Shown in pieces: positions 1 to 9,000 of a DNA stretch of 64,000 nt (within the stretch, counting starts at the first letter, position 1; each line of letters starts with the position of its first letter). The position numbers and the translations under genes are program-made. The stretch comes from an uncultured Bacilli bacterium (lineage in GTDB: Bacteria; Bacillota_I; Bacilli_A; RFN20; CAG-631). The notes under the pieces are model-generated. The model worked only from the letters and a program-made list of their open reading frames with translations, was not told the DNA's origin and made no database searches. The stretch is from NCBI GenBank assembly GCA_934201705.1, contig CAKPXF010000001.1, positions 66,783 to 130,782 on the forward strand. The letters run 5' to 3'.

Positions 1-186
1 TTCAGTTTTTCTTTTTAAAGGATCTTTTAAATCATAGCGGGCATAGCCAGGCTTAATAATTACCTCGCTTGTTACTTCACTTGAAGAATGTTTTTCTTCA
101 CTAGATGAAGCTTCATTTACATTATTACAACTAAATGTACACATAGTTAATATTGTAAGTAATAAATAACTTAAACCTTTTTTCAT
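1..186 (-). CDS. Partial CDS (N-terminus only) of a putative lipoprotein; the gene continues beyond the window start
   Basis: Reverse complement reads AAAGG...ATG then MKKGLSYLLLTILTMCTFSCNNVNEASSSEEKHSS..., i.e. a signal peptide with a Cys lipobox-like motif. The ORF runs off the window edge. Confidence 0.35.
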   Translation of the reverse strand, partial: MKKGLSYLLLTILTMCTFSCNNVNEASSSEEKHSSSEVTSEVIIKPGYARYDLKDPLKRKTE

Positions 187-196
187 ACGGTTCACC

Positions 197-1555
197 TTAT
201 TTATTTTTCTTTAAAAGTAAAACCAATGATAAGAAAGCAAAAGATAGATAGGCTAAAGAAGATGTATTTCCCTTACAACCACTATTTGGCTTTGTTTCAC
301 TCGGAGTATTTGATGGATTTTCACTAGGATTTTCACTAGGATTATCGTTTACTTGTTCATTTACTCTAAATCTTACCTCATTTGTTGCTTCAAGTTCGCC
401 ATCGCTTGCTTTAAAAATAATATTATAAATACCACCTTTAGAAGGCTCCCAAACAAAGTAACCATTTCTTATTATACCAATTTTTTCATCCTTATATGTG
501 GCTTCATATGTTAGTTTTTTATCACCATCATATTCAAATAATTCACTTAGCTTAATTTCCATTTCTTCATTAGCGTCATAACTAGCAGCAGGCGCAAAGT
601 TATCTATAGATTTTAAATTAAATTGTGGCTTAGTGCATCTTATATAAGGAGTTGCTTCTTCTTTAGTAGTATTATCATATGATGTAATTTGTAACTTTTC
701 GATATCAACGGCAACACCAGTATTTTCAGTTGTTGCATTAGCAGAATATCCACTTGATGCCCAAAAGCCAATGTAACCTTTTTGCGTATCAAATGGGATT
801 ACTTCATCTTGTTTGTGAGTGTTTGAATAATAAGCATTTGATTGAAAATAGGATGTTTGTAATACACCATCAATATAAACCTTAAATGTTGTTCCGATTT
901 CTTTTGGACGAGGACGAGATGGATCCTTTGCATGGGTACTTGTAGCCTCAATTGTAAAATAATGATAATTATTATCACACCAATCAATGCTAGAGATAAC
1001 ACTACCCTCTTGAGGATTATCACTTTGTAAAAAGTAACGAGCTGCTCCATTTCCATCAAACGATTCATTAATTAGCATTTGAATATGAGAAGCTCCTTGA
1101 ATTCTTTCAAAGCAAATAGAAATCCAACCCTTATTGTTATACCAAGGACAAGCTGACATAGCAACATTTTCAACTTGTGTAGCATCATCATAATCAATAA
1201 ATGCAGTTAAATATAAATTTGCATAGTCAAATTGACCTTCAAAGCCAGTATCTGATGGACTAGGAAGATTTAAATTTGCATACATATCTAATCTAAATTC
1301 GTTAAATTTATTTGTTTTATATAAAGCATAATTAGATGATGCCATATTAATATTTTCCATTTTTAAATGACCTGAATCAAAAGTTGTTTTACCAGCACCA
1401 ATTCCAACAACATCCCAATCATACTTCCAATTTGCTAAATTGTTTTCTTCTTTTATATCAATACTATATTCATCACTAGCATTGACCTTTAATGATTCAC
1501 TTGTAAAAACGAATAATATACCAAAAGCTAAAGCTGATATTAATAGTTTTTTCAT
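197..1555 (-). CDS. Secreted cell-surface protein of unknown function with a Cys-containing C-terminal anchor (SENPSENPS linker, GCKG, hydrophobic helix, KKNK)
   Basis: 452-aa ORF with an N-terminal signal peptide (MKKLLISALAFGILFVFTSESLKVNA). The C-terminus has a low-complexity Pro/Ser/Glu linker, then GCKG, a ~17-residue hydrophobic segment and a basic tail. Confidence 0.7.
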   Translation of the reverse strand: MKKLLISALAFGILFVFTSESLKVNASDEYSIDIKEENNLANWKYDWDVVGIGAGKTTFDSGHLKMENINMASSNYALYKTNKFNEFRLDMYANLNLPSPSDTGFEGQFDYANLYLTAFIDYDDATQVENVAMSACPWYNNKGWISICFERIQGASHIQMLINESFDGNGAARYFLQSDNPQEGSVISSIDWCDNNYHYFTIEATSTHAKDPSRPRPKEIGTTFKVYIDGVLQTSYFQSNAYYSNTHKQDEVIPFDTQKGYIGFWASSGYSANATTENTGVAVDIEKLQITSYDNTTKEEATPYIRCTKPQFNLKSIDNFAPAASYDANEEMEIKLSELFEYDGDKKLTYEATYKDEKIGIIRNGYFVWEPSKGGIYNIIFKASDGELEATNEVRFRVNEQVNDNPSENPSENPSNTPSETKPNSGCKGNTSSLAYLSFAFLSLVLLLKKNK

Positions 1556-1561
1556 GTTTAA

Positions 1562-3235
1562 TTAGTCCTTTCTTGTTGCTTGATATAATTTGTATTGATT
1601 TGTTAGCCATTCAATATAGTTAGAAGCTTGTGATCTATAATGTGTACAAGCATCAATCCATGTTTCGCTTGGATTTTTAGTTCCAGCCCATGCTTTAGTT
1701 GCACATTCAAGATAAATATATGCTTCAGCTGTTGTATAATCCTTTGATACTTGAGCACTAGCTCCATAGAATAACATACCATCAGTAGCGTTTTTCAAGC
1801 AATTATAATTTCTAACCTTTTCAATCCAATTTCTTTCAGTTTCTGTATATTGCATAGGAATTTTATATGAAATGTCATCATTGTGAATTAAAGCAAATAC
1901 ACCACTATATGGCTTATGAGTTACATAATAATCATCCGTATATTCATAATAGTTATCACCGAATGATGAATCCTTCCATTGCTCACCTTTAATACCATAA
2001 GCACAAAGCTCATAGTTATCTTTATTTGAATACATCCAATCTAAATATTCAATTATTAAAGGAGCTTTATTTGATTTTTTATTAATAATTAAGCAGTCTG
2101 TATTTTTAGATACTTCAGCAAAGGCACCACTATTTTCAACGACATTACCATTTTCATCAACTGCATCAAGAGGATCTAAAATTGTAAATTCTGCCTTTTC
2201 ATCAATTTCTTTACATTTTCTTGCAACATCAATTAAATTAGTAATTGTTGGATTTAAAAAATATACTGCAGATTTTCCAGCTGCTAAATTTGATAATCTT
2301 TGGTTGGCAGAAATAGTTGTATTATCTCTTTCCCAAAGGCCATCGTTTACCCAATCATATTCTTGTTGCAATACCTTACCATAATTTTCACTAATCCAGC
2401 CTGGGACAACTTCCTTAATAGTATTATCATCATTATAATTAACGGCTCTATATTGATATCCAGTCGACTTATAAGCCCCAGCTAAAAGAGTAAATTCCAT
2501 ATCATATACGGGCCCTGATAATGGTGTTGTACATGTTGAAATTTCACTTTTCATTTTACGAATCATTGTATCAAAATCTTTAATAGTTCTACACCAAGTT
2601 AAAGTGCCTTTTGAAGAATCAGCTTCTTCTTTACTTTCAGTATAGCCAACCTGTCTCATGAAATCTTTTCTAACTAGTACGCCTTTTTGTTTTGTAATAT
2701 TAACCGAAGGAATGCCAATTATTTCATCATTAAAATTAGTTACTGAATAAATTGAATCACCTAGTGCATTTAAAATGTTTTTGCCACCTTTTCTAAATGA
2801 AGCTGTTAAATCAAGGACAACATCTTGGCTTAATACTGTATCTTCAAGGCCTGCTTGACCTAAATAGCTAACAGCACAATCCCATGCACTAGACCCCATT
2901 ACTGGAGAAAAAGCATTGCTAAATGTTGAGTGAGATTCATATAAAATATTAAAATTAACGGCATTACCTGTATCTTCATAAAATTTCTTTTCAATAGCTT
3001 CCTTTACGACATTTTCATCAACACCTTTAACGTATGCTCCATAAACATTACTTTCGTCAACATAAATTGTAATTGTAACTCGATTGTTTTTAACATCCTC
3101 CCATGGTAATCTTTCATTAGATGATAAATGTTCATTAGACGTGTTAGAAGTTGAATTTGTAGAATCAGTAGTACCACCACATCCTGTGATTGCTAAGCAT
3201 GCTAATACCATTACTAATAATTTGCTTTTGTTCAT
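1562..3235 (-). CDS. Lipoprotein, extracellular solute-binding protein of a carbohydrate ABC transporter (LplA/YtcQ-like, family 1 SBP)
   Basis: 557 aa with a lipobox (LAITGCGG) and Ser/Thr-rich linker. Size and composition are typical of the large sugar SBPs encoded next to LplB/LplC-type permeases, and it sits directly upstream of two permease genes. Confidence 0.75.
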   Translation of the reverse strand: MNKSKLLVMVLACLAITGCGGTTDSTNSTSNTSNEHLSSNERLPWEDVKNNRVTITIYVDESNVYGAYVKGVDENVVKEAIEKKFYEDTGNAVNFNILYESHSTFSNAFSPVMGSSAWDCAVSYLGQAGLEDTVLSQDVVLDLTASFRKGGKNILNALGDSIYSVTNFNDEIIGIPSVNITKQKGVLVRKDFMRQVGYTESKEEADSSKGTLTWCRTIKDFDTMIRKMKSEISTCTTPLSGPVYDMEFTLLAGAYKSTGYQYRAVNYNDDNTIKEVVPGWISENYGKVLQQEYDWVNDGLWERDNTTISANQRLSNLAAGKSAVYFLNPTITNLIDVARKCKEIDEKAEFTILDPLDAVDENGNVVENSGAFAEVSKNTDCLIINKKSNKAPLIIEYLDWMYSNKDNYELCAYGIKGEQWKDSSFGDNYYEYTDDYYVTHKPYSGVFALIHNDDISYKIPMQYTETERNWIEKVRNYNCLKNATDGMLFYGASAQVSKDYTTAEAYIYLECATKAWAGTKNPSETWIDACTHYRSQASNYIEWLTNQYKLYQATRKD

Positions 3236-3251
3236 ATTTTTCTCCTTTTTC

Positions 3252-4124
3252 TTATTCTTTTACTCCACCTTCAAGACTTCCTTTAATAAAGAATTTTTGA
3301 AGAAGTGGATAAATTAGTATTATTGGAATTAAAGAAATGATAACTGCTGCACTTCTTAATCCTCCATAATTTAAATTAGTATCACCAAAATAAGCCTTTA
3401 AGAATTCATCACTATCCTCAATTCGACGAATAAAAGCTTGAATTGGCCATAACTGATAGTGGTTACTATCAATAAATAATGATGCTGCAAACCAATCGTT
3501 CCACATTGCAACAGATGTATATAGTGAAATAGTTGCAATAATTGGAAGATTTAATGGTAATACTACTTTAAATAAAACCTGTAAATTAGTTGCTCCATCA
3601 AGTTCTGCTGCTTCAATTAATGCTTCAGGAACTTGACTGAAAAATTTTCTGGCTAATAATATATACCAAGCACTTACACCACTTGGTAAAATCAAAGCCC
3701 ACAAAGTATTCATTAATCCAAGATTATTAATTAAGATATAATATGGGATTGTTCCCCCACTAAATAACATAGAAATAATGAAATAATATGTAAAGAACTT
3801 TTTGAATTGTAATTTTTTTCGAGTTAGCGCATAGGCGGCAAGTGAAGTTGTAAAAATCATTAGTACTGTAGTACAAATAACTACAAATAAAGAATTTAAA
3901 ATAGAAATTACAAATTGATTACTTTCCATGCTAAATATAGCTTTATAATACTCTAAAGAAAAATCTCTAATAATTAGGCTATATCCATATAGTGTTAAGG
4001 CTTTTGTCCCGGTAAATGAAGAGTTAATTAATAATAATATCGGAATGATAAAGATTAAAGCAAAGATAACCATGAATATAACATTACATACGCTGAATAT
4101 TTTTTCGCCTTTTGATTTAATCAT
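3252..4124 (-). CDS. Carbohydrate ABC transporter permease (LplC/YtcP-like)
   Basis: 290 aa with 6 predicted TM segments and an EAA-loop motif (EAAELDGATNLQVLFKVVLP) characteristic of the MalG/LplC family. Confidence 0.85.
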   Translation of the reverse strand: MIKSKGEKIFSVCNVIFMVIFALIFIIPILLLINSSFTGTKALTLYGYSLIIRDFSLEYYKAIFSMESNQFVISILNSLFVVICTTVLMIFTTSLAAYALTRKKLQFKKFFTYYFIISMLFSGGTIPYYILINNLGLMNTLWALILPSGVSAWYILLARKFFSQVPEALIEAAELDGATNLQVLFKVVLPLNLPIIATISLYTSVAMWNDWFAASLFIDSNHYQLWPIQAFIRRIEDSDEFLKAYFGDTNLNYGGLRSAAVIISLIPIILIYPLLQKFFIKGSLEGGVKE

Positions 4125-4125
4125 G

Positions 4126-6009
4126 TTAATATGCTCCCTCCCCAGTTTTCTTTTTTAAAATCTTATTACTAATAATTACAAGAATTAATGCTATTAAACT
4201 TTGAAGCATTGACATTGCAGCAACTGCTGAATAATTACTTGCATTACCAATATTTTCGAAAACTATCATACCAATTGTATCTGTTGTATCACGTAGCATA
4301 GCACTTCCTCTAATCATAGTGTAGATTTGATCAAAGTCATCCCTAACTAAGTTACCTAAACTAAATACAACCTGAATTCCAAATGCTGGAAGTAATCCTG
4401 GTAAAGTTACATACAAGAATTGCTTAAATCCACCAGCGCCATCAATTCTAGCAGCTTCATAAATTGATTTATCAATTCCAGCCATTGCTGCTAAATAAAC
4501 AATTGTTGAATATCCAGCAGTTTTCCACATAGCACTAGATGTTAATATTAATCTCCAATATTGCGGAGAGGAATAAAAATTAATTGGTTCTTTTCCTAAA
4601 GCTTCTAAAATTTTATTAAATGTTCCTCCATCAGTTGCAAGTAAGACATATGATAATGTTGAGATAACAACCCATGAAATAAAATATGGAAAATAAGAAA
4701 CTGTTTGAACGACATTTTTAAATATGCCATTTTTTAAATAATTAAATAATACTGCTAGGGTGATAGCTATTAAAAATCCAAATATGAATTTCCAAAAGGC
4801 TAAGATAAAGGTGTTTTTCATTAACTTTCCAAAATCACTAGAAGGATTAGTAAACAAGTCAACAAAGTTTTTCATTCCAAACATTTGTGACCATTCACTA
4901 TTCCATATGCCATCATTTACACGATAATTTTTAAAGGCTATGACTATTCCGCCCATTGGAATATATGAGAAGATAAATAACATAACAACAGAAGGAAGTA
5001 GCATTAAATATAAATCGATGTTTGTAACAATTAATTTCATTTTTTTAGAATGAATTGCCTTTTTAAATAGCCCCTTTGTAATACCAATTATAATAAATGT
5101 TATTAATGCAATACCTAAAATAGAAAATATGCTAATTAGCACATAGTTTGGTGATAGTGTAAAATACACATATCCAGCAAAGCAATTTACATCCTTTTTT
5201 ACTATTGATTGATCATTCGAATTAATAATTGAAACTTTTTGTGTTATTGGTTTAATAGTAATTGAATTTTTACTTACATTGCTAACATTTTTAGAACCGT
5301 AAGCCTTAATATTACCTTTGAAATTAAATGTTATGCTTTCAAGGCCTTCAAAGTCTGCTAAGAAGAAGGTAAATACTTGTCCTTTTTTATCTTTAGCAAG
5401 CATTCCATCACTTTTAAATAAATCAATTGTTTCCTGTTCATTTAATGTTTTATTACCATCTAATAAAATTGGAGCAATAGCAGCATTTTCGTCACCGAAT
5501 TTTTGATTATCAAATTTGTAAATCATACTATTTGATGCGCCATCATTTAATTTTGTATAGTTCTTATAAGCCCCGATAAACCAAGAATCAGTAATTAATG
5601 AAACACTATCTGATTCTAAAATAAAATCTTTTGATTTTTTATATGAATAAATTCCTAAGTCTCCTCCAATATTTCCTTTTGATAAATATTGAATTCTCAT
5701 AAAAGATAATGTGGCTTCATAATAATCATCAAGTTCTTTTACTTTTTTAATTTTTACTCTATCTTCTTCACCTGAACAAACATTAGCAGCTAAAATAATA
5801 TCATTTAATTTTTTATCAACATCTTCTCTTGTAATAATTACGTTATTACCTAGTTCATCTTGATATTCTTTAGCAATTAAAATAGTTGCTTGTCCACTTC
5901 CATCTTTATTTATATCCATCGTTACATTACAACACGATGACATAACAAGGCAAATAAAGACTAAAAAGAATAAGGAAGCAACTTTTTTGAATTTATCTTT
6001 GACTTTCAT
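4126..6009 (-). CDS. Fusion protein: N-terminal ~300-aa extracytoplasmic domain (signal/lipoprotein-like) joined to a LplB/YtcP-type polysaccharide ABC permease
   Basis: 627 aa. Residues ~1-300 are hydrophilic after a signal-like N-terminus (FLVFICLVMSSCCNV). The C-terminal half has 6 TM segments and the EAA motif EAARIDGAGGFKQFLYVTLPGLLP typical of LplB permeases. Confidence 0.75.
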   Translation of the reverse strand: MKVKDKFKKVASLFFLVFICLVMSSCCNVTMDINKDGSGQATILIAKEYQDELGNNVIITREDVDKKLNDIILAANVCSGEEDRVKIKKVKELDDYYEATLSFMRIQYLSKGNIGGDLGIYSYKKSKDFILESDSVSLITDSWFIGAYKNYTKLNDGASNSMIYKFDNQKFGDENAAIAPILLDGNKTLNEQETIDLFKSDGMLAKDKKGQVFTFFLADFEGLESITFNFKGNIKAYGSKNVSNVSKNSITIKPITQKVSIINSNDQSIVKKDVNCFAGYVYFTLSPNYVLISIFSILGIALITFIIIGITKGLFKKAIHSKKMKLIVTNIDLYLMLLPSVVMLFIFSYIPMGGIVIAFKNYRVNDGIWNSEWSQMFGMKNFVDLFTNPSSDFGKLMKNTFILAFWKFIFGFLIAITLAVLFNYLKNGIFKNVVQTVSYFPYFISWVVISTLSYVLLATDGGTFNKILEALGKEPINFYSSPQYWRLILTSSAMWKTAGYSTIVYLAAMAGIDKSIYEAARIDGAGGFKQFLYVTLPGLLPAFGIQVVFSLGNLVRDDFDQIYTMIRGSAMLRDTTDTIGMIVFENIGNASNYSAVAAMSMLQSLIALILVIISNKILKKKTGEGAY

Positions 6010-6036
6010 TAATTATCACACCTTTCTTTTATAAAT

Positions 6037-6066
6037 AATATTCAAACGCCACTATTAATGGCGTTT
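6037..6066 (-). terminator. Rho-independent terminator downstream of the 1415-aa surface protein gene
   Basis: Inverted repeat tcaaacgcca/tggcgtttga with a 7-nt loop, followed on the minus strand by a T-rich tract. Confidence 0.5.
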
Positions 6067-6085
6067 GAATTGTAAATTTAAAATA

Positions 6086-9000
6086 TTAATTTTTCCTTTT
6101 TTTAAGGCATAATGCTCCAAGTAATGCAAGCATTCCGATAAGGCATGAAGCTTCACCTCTACAGCCCTTTTTATTTTCATTTGGTTTTTCTTCATTTGAA
6201 GAAGTATTATTTGTACTACTATTTATTATTTCACTTGAAGATGTGATTTCAGTAGGTGTGCTTGAAGGTTCTTCACTAGGTTTTTCACTAGGCTTTTCTT
6301 CACTATCTTTAATAACTTTATAAATTGCTAATTTTGCTTCATTTAAAACATTAGCATCCTTAGTTAATAATGATTTTTGCTCATCAGTTAAAGCATCATA
6401 AGCATTTTTAGCCATTTCATAAGCACTTTTAGCACTTTCAAGATTGTCTTTATTTACGTTAGTAATAACTTGCTCTAGTAATGCATCACATTCTTTAGCA
6501 ATTTGTTTATTTTTAATGTCATTTTTAACCTTGACGCCATCATAAGAAGTAACTCCTTCAATGTAGATGCCTTTAATTTCAAAGCCACCACTTCCTTGAT
6601 TAATCGGATCTGAAACGAATGCTTCAAGGCCAAAGTAACCACAATCCTTACTATCTTTATTTGTAGAAATATATTCTCTAACAAATGTTTTTCCACTTTC
6701 TCCACCAGTTAAAGAAATTATTGCTTTATAGCCAACGTATTCATCGTTTTCATATAAATCAATAGTTTTAATAGAAATCTTTGTATAGTTTTTATAAATA
6801 TGATGAATGTCAAGTTGACTACCTTCTTCATCAGTTGGATAATCTAATATAGTTTTAAAATCAGCAAGAGGATTACCAGCTGCATCTTTAGTCATAGGAA
6901 TAACACCATTAACACATTCAACGATTTTAAAGCCATCGCCTCCTACTAATAAAACCATATAGTTTCCTTCTTGTAGCCAGCTACCTTTATTATGATGCTT
7001 AGCAATTGAATCTGCTCTAACAATAAAGTAGAAATTACCCCACGTACATTTTTGTAGATTTGAATCAATAATCCATGTAAATTCCATTTCATTTAAAGCT
7101 TTAGCAGTTGTATAAATACTTAAATCATTTGTTGATGAATTAACAATTAAAGAGCCATCTTTAGCTTGCATATCATCAAAGCCATCTAATTCGTAAATGT
7201 TATCCTTAGTCTGTGCAAAATTATAGCCATCAATTTTATTTGCATCTTCATATTCTTTTAAAGCAATTAAGGATTGCTCTAATAAATCAGCATTTGTTAC
7301 TTCGCTCTTTTCAATATCATATAATTCATCATAAGCTTTTTTAGCGGCTAAAATAGTCCTTGAATCTTTAGCATAATTAGTAATAGGTAAATTGATTTTA
7401 GCAATTAAAGCAACTACTGGGTCAGCATATGATAAAATATCTTCATATTTATCTAATGCTTTTTTGCATTCTTCTAATTTTTTGACTAATGTAGCATCGC
7501 ATTGTGATTTTTGTTCATCAGTTAATAATTCATATTTAGCACTAGCATCTTTTACTATTTTTGCTTGCCTTTCATAATTAACTCTATTATAAGCTTCATT
7601 AACTTCGTTTAATTTTTCTAAAGCTAACTTAGCTAATACCACTACATCAACATTTTCTAAATCAGATTTAATTTGATTATATTTATTAATGTCTTCACTA
7701 GAAACAAGTTCTTTTTGAGTATCTGTTAAATTATTATAAAGATTTGTAACATTGTTAAATTGATTTACAATATCTGAATAGTTATCAGCTGTAATTGTAT
7801 CATAATTAATTTTAGTTAATTCATCTATAAATTTATTAGCATAATATAAATCCTTTGAATAAGATGATTTACTATCAGCTACATATAAACTAATTGTGTT
7901 ATTAGTTAAATCAGGTGTATTGCCACTAGCTGTAAGTGCTAAACCAGCTGATTGATTTCCCCACAAAGATTTATATGGTAATAATATTTCATTGCTATAT
8001 GTTTCACCTTTTCTTGAAGCATAATATGAAATATTTAATTTAACACCATCAGTTACATCTAAAACATCAAATGTTACCTCTGTTTTTTGTTGACAAATAA
8101 ACCAAAATGAATTTCCATCAACACCAGGAATTAAAAATGTTTGATCTGTGCCAATAACATTAATGTTACCTTCATCACATACTATTAATTGGTAACCAGC
8201 ATGAGTAATACATAAAGCGATAAAGCTTCCGTTAGCATTGCTTGGAACGATTGTATTAGTAGTATTATTAAATGTCCATAATACTTTTGAAAATTCCTCA
8301 GCTTGACCCTTAACCATCAATACAACTCCACCCCATGAAGAATCTAAAGCTGTATAGTCAAGAACGAATTTAACTGTAGCATTACCATTAAATTCTTTTG
8401 TAATGCCAAGTGATTGAATACCAGTTTGACTCATTGTACCATCATTAATTGCTGCATTGTATAGAGTTTGCCAATAATTAGCATCGCTATGATATTTATT
8501 AGCAACATCAATTAAGCTATAGCTTAACACTTCTAAATTAATTTCAACTTCGTTATTTTCTTTAACATTAACGATTACTTTATAAGTACCATTAACATTA
8601 ATCTTTATTTTTCCATCATTTCCTTTTTCGTAGAATGATCCTTGATATTTCACTTCATTAGTTGAATTATCAACAAATGATTTAACAGCATCGTATCCAT
8701 GAGCTGATTTTTCATCATCTACAAGGAAGTTAACATTAAATTCTTGACCTTCTAAAAGATTTAATGAACTTGCAAATGAATGTGCAAATCCTTCATTTGC
8801 TTCAATTTTTTCAAATGTATAGCCATTATCTAATTTACATTCATATTTAGTTGTAGGAATAATAGGTACATCTACTGCTTCAATATTGTTAACCTTCATT
8901 GTAACTTCGATATTATGATTTTCATTAATAGTACCACTACCAGTTCTACCATAAGTTACATGCTTTGTATTTCCTTTTAAAGAAGCATTAGTTGAAGTAT

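Noticed and set aside
799-8000. Multiple 60-100-aa ORFs antisense to or nested in long minus-strand genes (799..1068, 2300..2485, 3084..3317, 5318..5506, 6475..6705, 7392..7577 and similar ones later)
   Set aside because: In AT-rich DNA, stop-poor antisense frames are common. These have low-complexity Ile/Leu/Phe-rich translations, no RBS, and overlap well-supported genes.
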